Shown: piece after piece, positions 13,638-30,199 of the stretch
How positions within the stretch are numbered: position 1 is the stretch's first letter
Layout: each line of letters opens with the position of its first letter
Assembly (NCBI GenBank): GCA_003344405.1
Contig: NOWV01000269.1
Location: 1 to 64,000, forward strand
Source of the DNA: Trichoplax sp. H2
Taxonomy: Eukaryota
Length of the DNA: 64,000 nucleotides
Reading direction: 5' to 3'
Translations under genes and position numbers: made by a program
Notes under the pieces: model-generated
What the model saw: the letters and a program-made list of their open reading frames with translations, nothing else
Databases searched by the model: none
What the model was told of the DNA's origin: nothing

Positions 13638-15216
13638 CTAGAGATAAAGATAAAGTATTATATCATAGTTCGAGCAACATATTAGAATAGTCTGACAGTT
13701 CTATTTCCAGACAAGATTTCTACTGATATTGTGCTACATTAACGTTCATTTTTTTGAATAACAAGTATTGTTAGCCAACTAGCTGGTAATATTTGATGTA
13801 AGTTATTTTCTGTGTCGGGTATGGTCTAAATTACTTGGATTTGTTTCGTTTAAGTGATATGGTGTATAACTTAATAATAAAAAATACATTGGAGAAGAAA
13901 ATTGTATTATAGATATTTTCCTAGTCTTTGCCCATGCTATTCTTATCTTGAATAATAATTATTTAAAACATGAACAGTTACAGTTACAGATGGAATCATA
14001 CTGACTCATTTTGTGTAAATGTCGATTTCTGCAACGTGATATTGCTTTAGTGTTTGTAGTATTGGAATGAAATCTCTTTATTATATTGAGTAAAGGGTGG
14101 AGTTCTAACAAAATTATTTCTTCTGTATGCAACAGTCTAAAAATAGTAGAATTTATTGCAATGTAATGATATTATGATACAAAAAATTGTATGGCTACTT
14201 GGAGTTAAACATAACGTCCATTGGCGAAAATACTCCACCAACTTATGTGTGCTGGATTTATTGCTGGTTAAATGAGCTATTTTAATTTATTAGTTGATCA
14301 GTAATATTGATGTCTAGTTACAAAAGAATAATTAGATGATACAAGTTCTAATTTTAAATTACCAATAAGAAAATGAACGTACATTATTTGTACTAGACGA
14401 AGTTTTATTGGAAATATTTCCCCCCTTTATACTACTGACTTATGGGTCAGAAAGAAATCTACAGTATGCAAGAACACGAACCAATTTGCAATATTAAAAT
14501 TGTTTGGCTCGTAAAATTGTTGATGTAGGGCGGCATTAACTTATTGCATGGAAATATTACAAAGTATGTAGCATAATTCCTAATTGTATTATGAAAAGTA
14601 TAACAGGAATTGTTCTTTATAAAAATTGAATAAATGAATGATAATTCTCTTGTTAACCCAAATATTATACTTGCCTGGATTATTCTATTTAAAAAAATTG
14701 ATTTCTTGTGTTGTAGTCATGAGTCGCTAATTTAGCATGAGATTATTTGTGACCTATTCTAATAACTATAGTAACGGCTGCGGACAGAAGGCAAGTATAT
14801 GAACGTAGCCTTTTAATTGGTTAGAATTATTGATTCTACTTATTGCTAAATCATTTGTCATATTTCTATTTACTTCCGTATAGGTAGCTTTGGTCCAAGA
14901 CTATATCGCGTTTTGATAAACTGATTTCAATACTTTTATGATACTGCAACAATCACTAATAAAATACTTCTATCGTTACTCTGTTTTTACTATTAATTAG
15001 CCAATCGATTTAATGTGATATAAATAAAGCATTAAGTTTTATCGATTTGTCTACTCGAAGAATGTATGCTTAAGTATTATACTAGTGCTTTAAATAGAAT
15101 CATTGAAATGGATTGATTATTCGTTTAATTTTGATGCATTAACAAGATTGAGCAAATAAGTTGGCTAGAACGATTATTCTACTAGTGAATTGAATTTTAA
15201 TGATGCATAAACTTAC

Positions 15217-17561
15217 TATGGCGCTGTGTGTTATCGTTTATTCCAGTTTGACTTTCTTGGCTATTTTCTTTATCTGGTGAAAATAGGAGGTGAATATGCA
15301 TTAAATAGATGATGAATGGCTAGATTAGAGCTTAAAATCTAGTAATCACCTGGTGATGTTGTGGAATCATGAACTACTGTTTGATTGACTACATGTTCTT
15401 GTAAGGGCTGATGAATAACTTTGGCTGTTTCTGATGTAACAGTTCCTTTCTCATTTTCTTGTATTTGATTATTACATTCAGCAATTTGTTTGGCAACATG
15501 GAGGATTTGAGGGTGATTTTCTTCATAGACGTTGTGTAGAGAATCGATGGACTTTCGATAGAGTGAAATTGCTTGATGATAATTAGACTGTCGATGATCA
15601 ACTTGAGCTAGTTTTTCATAGCATTTGGCTGTATGAAGATGATTCTCACCTAGTGTTGCCAAAAGGACTTGCAATGACTTGCTATACATGAATCGAGCAT
15701 CATCGTATTTGCTTTGTTCAATATAGAGACTTCCAATGTTGATATATATTAAAGCAGTAGTTGGGTGATTGTTACCAAATTTTGTTAGATAAATCTTTAG
15801 TGATTTTTTTAACATTGATAGAGCATCTGTATGCTTATGTTGACTCTCATAGATTGCTGCAATGTTATTATATGTTACTGCAATATTTGGATGATTGTCA
15901 TTAGATTGCGTTAATTGAATCTTCAGTGATTTGTTATATAGTAATAGAGCATCTTCAGACTTTCCTTGGCGATAATAAGCAGTGGCAATGTTGGCATATG
16001 TTGAAGCAATACTTGGATGATTGTCGCCAAGTCGTGCTAATTTAATCTTGAGTGTTTTGTTATACATTAATAGAGCATCATTATATTTGCCTTGGTATTG
16101 ATAGACAGTTCCAATGCTGCCATACGTATTAGCAAGATCGGGACGATTACTATCATGTTGTGCTAGTTGAATCTTGAGTGATTTGTTCAGCATTGATAGA
16201 GCATCATTATACTTGCCTTGACCACTATAAATATCTCCAATTCTTTTATATGTAAAAGCAATACGAGGATGATTGCCACCAAGTTGTGATAATTGAATCT
16301 TGAGGGATTTGTTCAACATTGATAGAGCATCATCGTATTTGCTTTGCTTAGCATAGACACTTGCGATGTTGCTACATGATATAGCAATGTCGGGATGATC
16401 ATCACCAAGTTGTGTTAGTTCAATCTTGAGTGATTTGTTAAACATTAATAAAGCGTCATTATGCTTGCCTTGTTTATAATAGATACTTGCAATATTGGAA
16501 TAGATTGCAGCATTTGAATGATTGCCATTAGGGTGTGCTACTGCAATCTGTAGTGATTTGTCGAACATTAAAAGAGCATCATCGAATTTGCCTTGCTGAT
16601 AGTAGACACTTCCAATATTGCAATAGGTATTAGCAATTTCTGGATGATTGTCATCGCCTTGCATTAATTTAATCTTCAATGATTTCTTGTACATTGACAG
16701 GGCATCATTATGTTTGCCTTGATGCAGATAAACAACTCCAATGCTATTATACCTATTAGCAACATCAGGATGATTTTCACCAAGTTGTTCTATTTTAATC
16801 TTCAGTGATGCGTAATACATTGATAGAGCGTTATTATACTTGCCTTGATGACTGTAAGTATCGCCAAAGTTGCGGTATGTTAGAGCAAGACTTGGATGAT
16901 TGTCACCAAGATGTACTAGTTGAATCTTTAGAGATTTATTAAGCATCGATAAAGCCTCCTCGTGCTTGCTTTGAAGATTATAGGTTCTTGCAATGCTATC
17001 GTATGTTTGAGCAATATTTAGATGATCGTCACCAAATATTACTAATTGCATCTTCAACGATTTGTTAAACATTGATAGAGCCTCATCATGCTTTCTTTGA
17101 TCATTATAGACATCTCCAATTGCACGATAGGACTTACTTATAATGCTATGTTCATTTCCGAAGCATTTTAGTCTCATTTTAAGTGATTTATTAAAATCAA
17201 TCAAAGCTCCACTGTAATCGCCTTGTATCCGTTTAATAAGCCCCTGATTATTTAAACATGTTGAAATTTTCACTTCATCTTGTAGTTGCTTAGCTAATTC
17301 CTCTGCTTTTCTGTTCCATTTATCGGCTTTTACCAATTCATGTTGATGTAAATAACAATAAGTTATGTTGAGATAAATACTACATTCAAGTTGCTGATAA
17401 TCATTATCACTACTCTTGGATATCCATTGAATTTTAGTTACAGCTTCTATGAAATAGGATAGCGCTTGTTCATAGTTTTCTTCATCTCGAGATTTCTCAC
17501 CATTTTGATTCATGGATTTGATTTCGTCGAGGACAGTTGAATTAGTAGATAAACTAGTCAT
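15217..17561 (-). CDS. 42-aa TPR repeat array (kinesin light chain/NPHP3 type); probable N-terminus of the Roco protein
   Basis: The 740-aa ORF has about 14-15 repeats of type DALSMxNKSLKIxLxQLGDNHPxIAxTYxNIGxVYxxQGKY. A donor CAG|GTGATT at 15350/15349 lies just before the ORF stop. A 76-nt intron with a pyrimidine tract leads to a 57-nt exon, 15273-15217, ending in GTAAGT. Confidence 0.88.
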
Positions 17562-18045
17562 ACTTCAGTCTATAGCAAGATTAAAAGCGTATAGCTTGAT
17601 GAAATAGACAGCGATGCACTACTGAAGAGATTATACTTTTGATAGCTGCTCAAATGATAGAGTTCACATGCATTGCATCGCATGCAGGTTTAAAAGAAAA
17701 TAACATAACGTACTGTAATAAGAGAATAGGAATGAATGTTTTCTTTCACGATGGTCTCATTTGAACTACAAATAATGTTTAAATTTGTTATTATCCAAGT
17801 GGGGAATAATTATAACATTATTGGCGATTATGCATTCATCATATCATCAAGAATTACCAAGAATAATTAACGTTGTTGAAGAAATATTGTATATTCTCTG
17901 TTGTGCAGTAATCATTATCGGGGAAAATTGGTGCAAGACTATAGAAACGAGAGCGGCATAATTAAGTCAGATCGCTAAAATAAAGTAGAAAAAGTAGAAA
18001 GTGTGTAACGTTATACGGTTATTGAAAACAAGATAGGAATTATTC

Positions 18046-18452
18046 GATAGAGTAAGATTGCTTGGTGATAATTAGACTGTCGGCGATAGACTGCGGCTAG
18101 TTTTTGATGACATTGCTTAATATAAGGATGATTCTCACCTAATATTGCTAAATAAACTTGCAATGCCTAGTATTAGATGGAAAGAGGATCATTGAATTTT
18201 CTGTGTCTGTAACAAGTTAATCCACTATTGACATACGTTCCAGCAATATTTGGATGATTGTTGCCAAATGCTGCTTGATAAATCTTGATTGATTTGTTAT
18301 ACATTGATACAGTAGAGTGTCTTTACACTTGCCTTTTTTTCTGATAGATAGTTGCAATATTATTGTATATTATAGCAATAATTGGATGGTTGTCACCAAG
18401 TTGCACTATTTCTAGCTGTAATGATTTGTTATGCATTGATAGATCGTCATCA
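18046..18452 (-). pseudogene. Degenerate fragment paralogous to the last TPR repeats of the adjacent TPR ORF
   Basis: GATAGAGTAAGATTGCTTGGTGATAATTAGACTGTCG (~18046) matches GATAGAGTGAAATTGCTTGATGATAATTAGACTGTCG (~15557). GATTCTCACCTA and TTGGATGATTGT motifs recur. No intact ORF. Confidence 0.75.
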
Positions 18453-18487
18453 CTTATGTAGCAATTTATTCTATCTTTAAACGTTCA

Positions 18488-19480
18488 ATTCTTCTTTTTG
18501 ATATCATTCATCCCTCCTTGTCTTATACCGAACATCAAATCCATCGGTTGCTTGAACATAAAGTACTTCTTAGAAATTCTGTAAAATGATGTAACATGTG
18601 CAGGCAAATTTGTTCAATACCAGCACATTATCATTGCTATAGAAGCAAGTCTAACAAGAGCAAAAGAGACAAACACAAATTCATAATTATAAATAGATTA
18701 TCTTATGTATGTTTTATTAACTAATTTGTTAATACACGGGCTTCTGTAAAACAGGTACACATTTAAAATTTTTATATTTAGCAACAAAATTTACTTCGTT
18801 ATCAAGTCAAGGCCAAACTCTTTATCATAGAGACATATGTAAACAATTGGTCGAGCTATCATAGAATAGATGTATTATTATATTTATACTCAATACGTAC
18901 TATGTAATAAAGAAAGTATGAATATTAGCCTGTTTACTTTTAAGCGTGGACAACCGTGCATAATCATTTTAAGAAATGAGCTTAACAACAGCAGGATGAT
19001 AGCATTCCATTCTGACTTGGGAAGTATTGGATAAAATAGACTAAGCTGAAAACATGGAATATAAATGATACAATATGAATGAACACTTTGTTGAAGACCA
19101 TCGTAGATATTGATACAGTAGTTAATATCATTACAGACACAAGGTTAATGATAAGGCATTGCTAATTAATTTATATAAAATTAAAAAGTTGACATTTATC
19201 AGAACTTTCCCTGACCGCTCAAGGTAGTTCGCAGCAGTATTCGAAATAGAACCATAATGACTGCTATGAGCGTAAATAATGGTACAATACTGCTAGTATT
19301 ATATTTACAGCATGATATGGTAGCAGACACAAAAAAATAGAGTGTTACTATAGCGTACTCAATGTCTATTCTGGTCGATAATTGTGCAGACGATAAGTTT
19401 ACAAATCGGTAAGCGGAGATTGCATGGAATACACAAAGACGTAATAGCATCTGCAGTCTCTTCCCGTACTGTCTATGCAA
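18488..19480 (-). other. Possible degenerate multi-exon membrane-protein gene
   Basis: The hydrophobic ORF at 19480-19199 can splice to a hydrophobic segment at ~19045-18938 (LSLFYPILPKSEWNAIILLLLSSFLKM). Further candidate exons contain stops. No family recognised. Confidence 0.22.
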
Positions 19481-19856
19481 TCGATTACAGAACCAGCTAA
19501 TTCTTTATATATAATTTTAAAACCAAAATAGTATCTTTTTTCCTATGTCTTGCTACATCATTCCGTGCTGGGGTACAGTATTATATCACTCGATGATAAT
19601 TTAGTAAAGATACACCGATAGCTAGCTATCTCGAATGTAGAATTTGATGCCGGAATACAATAAACAATTTTATGTACAATACAATTATTATTATTGTTAT
19701 GAGTTGTAAGCTGCTGCTACATAATCTTACTGTAATAAATGATATCTACAGCATCAACTGTTGAAGACGACAATCAGAACATTTATTCTGATGTGAGAAA
19801 TTTAAGTTATCGTTATCTATTTACATTTTTAATGTATAATGTTATCATGATGGGTT

Positions 19857-24661
<4,805 letters not shown>

Positions 24662-25417
24662 CTTAAGGACTTTCTAACGGCCACACCTGTATACAAGACC
24701 GTCATGCTTTGCGCTACGGCACACCTTCCACAGTGGTTGCCATAGCGACCAACGTCTGGAGTAGACGCTGTAGGCTCATTGGGTGAAAAATGCGCCACAA
24801 GTAGGACTGCAATTATTCAAATGAGTATTTAAAACAAGTTGTTTGTTGTTAATTCGTTGTTTGTGAAGCTGTTGATAGAATGGGCTAGTTAGTGATCATG
24901 TCGGCAAGGACTGTTGATGTTGGATGACAACAGTCTTGCCGGCGTTGCAATATCCCACTGGTGTATCATGGACTAGGACAAGCAAAGGAAAAACCTTCCA
25001 CCTTTTGGTTGTCTATGGCTGTACCTAGCCACCAGCGCTCGAGTTTTGCGTTGGGTGAGCTTTCTTAGCAATTCATCGGAGGCTCTTAATGACTGTATAA
25101 TGAACCGTTGCATGACCCATTAATCAGCGTGTTGTAACTTACTCATGCGATGCAAATAGATGAATATCATCCAGTTCATGCTGCCATTAGATCATGAAAT
25201 ACACTACAGTACGGGATGCCTTTCTCTGCTCGCGTCCTTCAGTACAAAATCATGTCGAGACCTATCCCATTTTGGGTCATTCTGCTATACGGTTTCGACG
25301 AAACCGTCGACCATACTGCACAAAACCAACCTGGTATCGACAGCAATGCGCATGTTTCTCATGGATAGTATAGTGGGCCATGACAGACATGGGATACAGT
25401 TGAAATGACCACAAAAC

Positions 25418-25825
25418 AATCGATTACTTACCTGTTTCAGTAGAGTATATGGCGCTTTCCGTCCTTCCTTCCTTTCCTACAGTACCACAGTGTACAGTAC
25501 AGTACAATACTGTTGCTGCGTGCAGTACAGTACTCTAGTGGACAGGAATGTTGACTGGTGTGAATCCACTTATTCTCATCTGCTTCATACTATTACATAC
25601 ACGTGATACAGCTGAAATGACCATTAAAAATAGTAATCGATTACCTACAGTATTTTAGTACGGCAACTGACGCTTTCCGTCCTTCCTTCCTTTCCTACAG
25701 TACCTAATACACATAGCATTGTATTGTACACTGTACACTGTACAGTCCATAGTCTACTCTGGCAGCGTACAGTACTCCGCTGGACTGGTGTCAATCCACT
25801 TCTTCTCATCTGCGCCATACTGTAC
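25418..25825. repeat. Diverged ~215-bp direct duplication in the KLF/ZCCHC10 divergent intergenic region
   Basis: AATCGATTAC...CGCTTTCCGTCCTTCCTTCCTTTCCTACAGTACC...GACTGGTGTSAATCCACTTMTTCTCATCTGC occurs twice (starting ~25418 and ~25635), with TACWG runs inside. Confidence 0.8.
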
Positions 25826-26073
25826 TGTATTAAAGACCAGTGAAGGCTACTACGACCAGTATCGATCGCGAAAAGCTGACGTCATTCTTTCCATCCATCC
25901 ATCATTCTGTGCGGACGCCGACTGGACCAAGTTGGTCCAGTTGAGCGTGGAGCGGAAACGTTCCAGTCTAGTCCTCCAAGCAGTGGACTGTTTTCGAAAC
26001 TAGGCGCAGATTCATCCAAATCGCAATCCAAAAAAGGCCAAGGCAAGGAGTCCCAATAGCGTGGCAATCAATC

Positions 26074-27490
26074 ATGTCAGCAGTCAATACTCGAGTTTAT
26101 CTAGAGAATAAGAAACGGTAAGAATGATCCGATCAAAAGATTAATACAACGTCCGTAGAATGATTTGTTGTCGTTGATGGTTGGGCAGGACTGCCTCCTT
26201 GGCTATGCCAAGGAGATACTATACTTCCATTATTTGTGTAATATAGTAAGACCAGTTCGCCAATGCTATTGGTAGTGCTGGAGTTTTAGAATTCCCGGAA
26301 TAGAATTAGCTCAAACTACTACACTCTTCTACGCGTATACAAGAGTGAAATAATCTGTAAAGTCTTGCTAACGCTTGCCAATGGATTCATTTTTAGGCAA
26401 GCACAAGCTGCTACCGTACGATGCCAAAAGTGTTTGCAATTTGGGCATTGGACTTATGAGTGTCAAAATCAAAGAAAATACTTATCAAGACGATCCAGAA
26501 CTTCCGAGTTAAACAAGATGGTCAGGGAACAAGAAAAGAAACCTGATTATAGGTAGCAAAGTAGAGTAATGTAGACTGAATATCATATTGGAAATAGCAT
26601 ACAGTATTAGCCTAGGCAAGCCAGACAGCCGATAGCGATGCTAAATTGATCCGTTCAAAATACAATCTCTACAGTACAAGTTCACATGTGGCCACAGTAT
26701 TGTACATCAGTTATACACGAAATGAGATAATTTTATCATTGAGCAGATTATAGAAATCCCAGGATGGTCCACTGCGCTAGTTCAAGTTTTAGTTGCAGTC
26801 TTAGCTTGAAAGCCCTTAGTACAACTACAAAGGCAGAATAAACTAATGGATTAGGATTTGTACATATTTCATTATGAATACGTAGGATGATTTTCTGTAT
26901 ATTTCGCAATATGCAAGACCGTATGATCTGTATGGCAGTCAGCGTTAGTACTCAAATTGAATATACTAATTATGGAGAACAAATTATTATACTCGTTTAA
27001 TGGAGTCTTATGATTAAGATTATAACCTCTATTACTAACCAAACTGACCATGGTCTTTATTACTATTATGCTGTATGTTGTACATACAGCATAATAGTAA
27101 ATTTTTTCAAATTGAACTGTTACTTGTTCGTATGCACACTTTTACAATAACTTTATTATTTGCTTTACGCCGGTATTTACGTATACAATTTTGGAATGGT
27201 CTTGTTAATAACTATTGCCATTCATTTCTTTTTATTATAGTTCTGACAGTGATAGCAGTAGCTCTTCGGATTCGGATAGCAGCACTTCAAGCAGCGACAG
27301 CAGCTCTACTAGTTCGAGTAGCGATAGCAGTACTAGCAGCAGTAGCAGTAGCAGTAGCAGTAGCAGTAGCAGTAGCAGTAGCAGCAGTAGCAGTAGTAGC
27401 AGTAGCAGCAGTAGCAGCTCCAGCAGTTCTGATAGCAGTAGCTCATCGGATGATTCATATCGACGGAGGAAAAAGATACGACACCACTGA
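26074..27490 (+). CDS. ZCCHC10: Zinc finger CCHC-type protein 10 homolog with poly-Ser tail
   Basis: Exons 26074-26117, 26397-26552 and 27241-27490 join through phase-2 introns. [32 protein letters not shown] is followed by a Ser/Asp-rich tail and a basic end, the ZCCHC10 layout. Confidence 0.88.
27244..27450 (+). repeat. Coding (AGY)n / (AGTAGC)n microsatellite encoding poly-Ser
   Basis: Visible AGCAGTAGCAGTAGC run inside the last ZCCHC10 exon. Confidence 0.9.
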
Positions 27491-28405
27491 TATGGCAATG
27501 CTTATTGACCGTTGCATTCTGATCTTGGGTAATCATTTCTGGTGTGGCAGGGTTTAATCAATTATATAACAAATTGGGGAAAGGTAGAAATGGATCGGAA
27601 ATTTCATTGTAAAATTTAAATGGTTTATAGCTTAAGCTATAGACAAATGTCTGAATGCTATTTCTAACCGTGAGATTGATAGCATTACTAAAGAAATGCT
27701 GTACAGTATACTGGATGTGTAACTATTAATTACAGCTATTATCGTAGTAATATGTATAATGTATAGCACTTTTCTAATATCTGTAATTTTAATATCATGC
27801 ATCATAGATTTAAATGCGGCCAGGTAACTTTGTTGACTACTTCTAAACTATTGTACTTATTCGTATGCCCATTATATCCCAGCGTGGATGTTCTAGTCGA
27901 CATGTAACGTGATTTCCATTTTAACATGACTTACCGTACCTTGTAGCTAACTATGCTGTGTTATGGCCATGTTATTGGTGCGTTTTGTCCAATGTAGCAC
28001 ATTAATTGGCTCTAATTGACCAGGCTGAGATAGATATTTCTGTTGTAACATAAATACTGAAGCAGCCGTTCTTTAGTGTAGAATGGACTTCCATACTCGT
28101 CTAATTTTATAAGTAATGAAGGCTATTCCATTTTTTGCAGCGGTGCTGTAATGCTTTACTAATATTAACCTCACTTTTAATAAAAAGTATGTATCTTTCA
28201 GAAAGACCATTTTTGTTTACTTTTATGGATTGAAGATCGACAACGCACATATTATAACTACAGTACATGCATTATTAGCATAGTGTATGTCAAACTTTAG
28301 AAAATACAGCACGTGTATTGGTCATGTGCTGATGCTAGCATAATCTCTCCTTGAAAGTGGGGATAAATATAACGCCATAGGATAGTTATTTGGATATAGT
28401 GCTTT

Positions 28406-28689
28406 ACTGTCATTTAGCTATGCAAATTAACAAGGCATGTTTCCAGTAGATGATTCGGTTTTGTAGTCGATGTCTTCAATGGCAACTACTGCAACCGACT
28501 TCTATCATCTATAATGAGTCAATGTAGGCCAAATCAAGTTTGCAATTATACTGCCATTTAGCTATGCCAATTAATAAGGCGTGTTTCCAGTAGATGATTT
28601 GGTTTTGTAGTCGATGTCTTCAATGCCAACTGCTGCAACCGACTTTTATAATCTATAATGAGTCAATGTAGGCCAAATCAAGTTTGCAA
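28406..28689. repeat. Two-copy ~144-bp tandem duplication upstream of SMIM20
   Basis: CATTTAGCTATGC...TTTCCAGTAGATGATT...GAGTCAATGTAGGCCAAATCAAGTTTGCAA occurs twice with few mismatches. Confidence 0.9.
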
Positions 28690-28879
28690 ATAATTGGATG
28701 CAATTTACACGGTTAGCTTATGAGACAGGCAGACGGGCAGACATGATTGCATTGCCTTCATTAACTGTACCTTTATGGCAAGACAGTAGTAGTCTTGACT
28801 ACCTACAGCAACCGTATGTGCAAAGGCCAAAATTGGCATAAGTGAACAGCTAGCAAAGTGGTAGGAAAGCTCCGCCAAG

Positions 28880-30199
28880 ATGCGACTTCATGGAACGGTT
28901 GTAGCAGTGGGAGTTGTTGGCTTAATTGCTGTCGCTTTATACCCTATAGCGATTGATCCAAAATTGCACCCTGAGAAATATCGTAAGAAAATTCTTCTTA
29001 ACATTAGCAGCTAATGATTTCGTGAAGTGTAAATAGGTGTAGTACAACAGGGAAGCATACAATTATGCAGTATATGTACAGTAATGTACATCACGAATGC
29101 CTCAGGCGTGGATGAAGAGCAAACTGCATCAGTATTTTACAAAACGATTTCTTCATACATTCAATGAATTATAGAAAAAGAGGCAATTTCGAAAAGGATA
29201 CTGTACAACTTATTGGATAGTCGGATTAAAGTTGAATGACTGACTGTAGAAAGTGTTGTAGACTAGCATGTTAGCATTACTATTACTTTTATTACTGTAA
29301 ACGTACGAATGCGATGCAAGGGTAGTAGCTATTTCTGCTAAATACGACGTACATGATACTTTACATTCGCCTCGACGATGCTGTAGCAATATAATCAGCA
29401 GCACCTAACACGGGCTGATTTTAGTCGGTAGAACCTGCCTCTATCCGCAGTGGCGACACGAATACTACTTGTATCGAATAGCTTGTAAGCTCTACCTTTG
29501 CTTCTGTCGGCGACTAGAGGTACTTCAAGTTGCATAGCGGAATACAAAATTTCCAGAGACACTACAGTATGCCATATTTCATTCTTACATCATGTCATCA
29601 ATAAAGATGAATACATACATATTAAGCAATACTGCTTTTTATTGCTAAGGCTGAAATAAGAACGCAATCTGCTACTAAATTTCAATCGTATTTGCCATTA
29701 TTGGAGAGCTTGGTTGCTCGATACCAACTCTCCTTAAACCAAGAAAACAGATGTAGTCGCGTAGCTTAGTTATAATATCCGTATTAGGCTGGATTCTATG
29801 ATATGCAAGGGATAATTGATAGTAGCTTTTAGTCAATCTGTTATTTATCAATTATTAAGGGTAGATTAGAAGGAAAGTCTAAAAACAGTCATGATCGATA
29901 CACCGCATCATAAGTGTATACGTTTGAATGTAAATAGGATACGAAAATTGCATACGTACTTGCTTGCGGGCGCTATTTGTCTTTTCGATTGCTGGCTAGT
30001 TCTTATTATTTATTTGTCGTTGTAAAATAAGCTACGATTACAAATAAATTCTATTCCTATTGGACTGCCAGTTTCAGTCAGTAATAGAAAGTTACGTAGC
30101 GTTTTCTGGCTAAGATTTTTTCAATTTTTAGGCGCGAGTCAGAAACGAATGCGAGAAATTAAGAAGGAAAGAGATGAAGCAAAACCAAAACATCCATAA
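28880..30199 (+). CDS. SMIM20: Small integral membrane protein 20 (MITRAC7) homolog, 56 aa
   Basis: Exons 28880-28982 and 30132-30199 (phase-1 intron) give MRLHGTVVAVGVVGLIAVALYPIAIDPKLHPEKYRASQKRMREIKKERDEAKPKHP. This fits the SMIM20 pattern of a TM segment followed by YPI-x-x-x-P...E-x-Y...Q...R. The ATG context is GCCAAGATG. Not present in the ORF track. Confidence 0.75.

Noticed and set aside
10129..17561. Bacterial or endosymbiont origin of the long single-exon TPR and ROC-COR ORFs
   Set aside because: They are embedded in GT-AG exon chains with animal-type death domains, and composition matches the flanks. An ancient transfer cannot be excluded without phylogeny.
27075..27557. Poly-Ala/Val, poly-Leu and poly-Cys/Tyr ORFs
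   Set aside because: They are alternative frames and antisense reads of the ZCCHC10 poly-Ser repeat.
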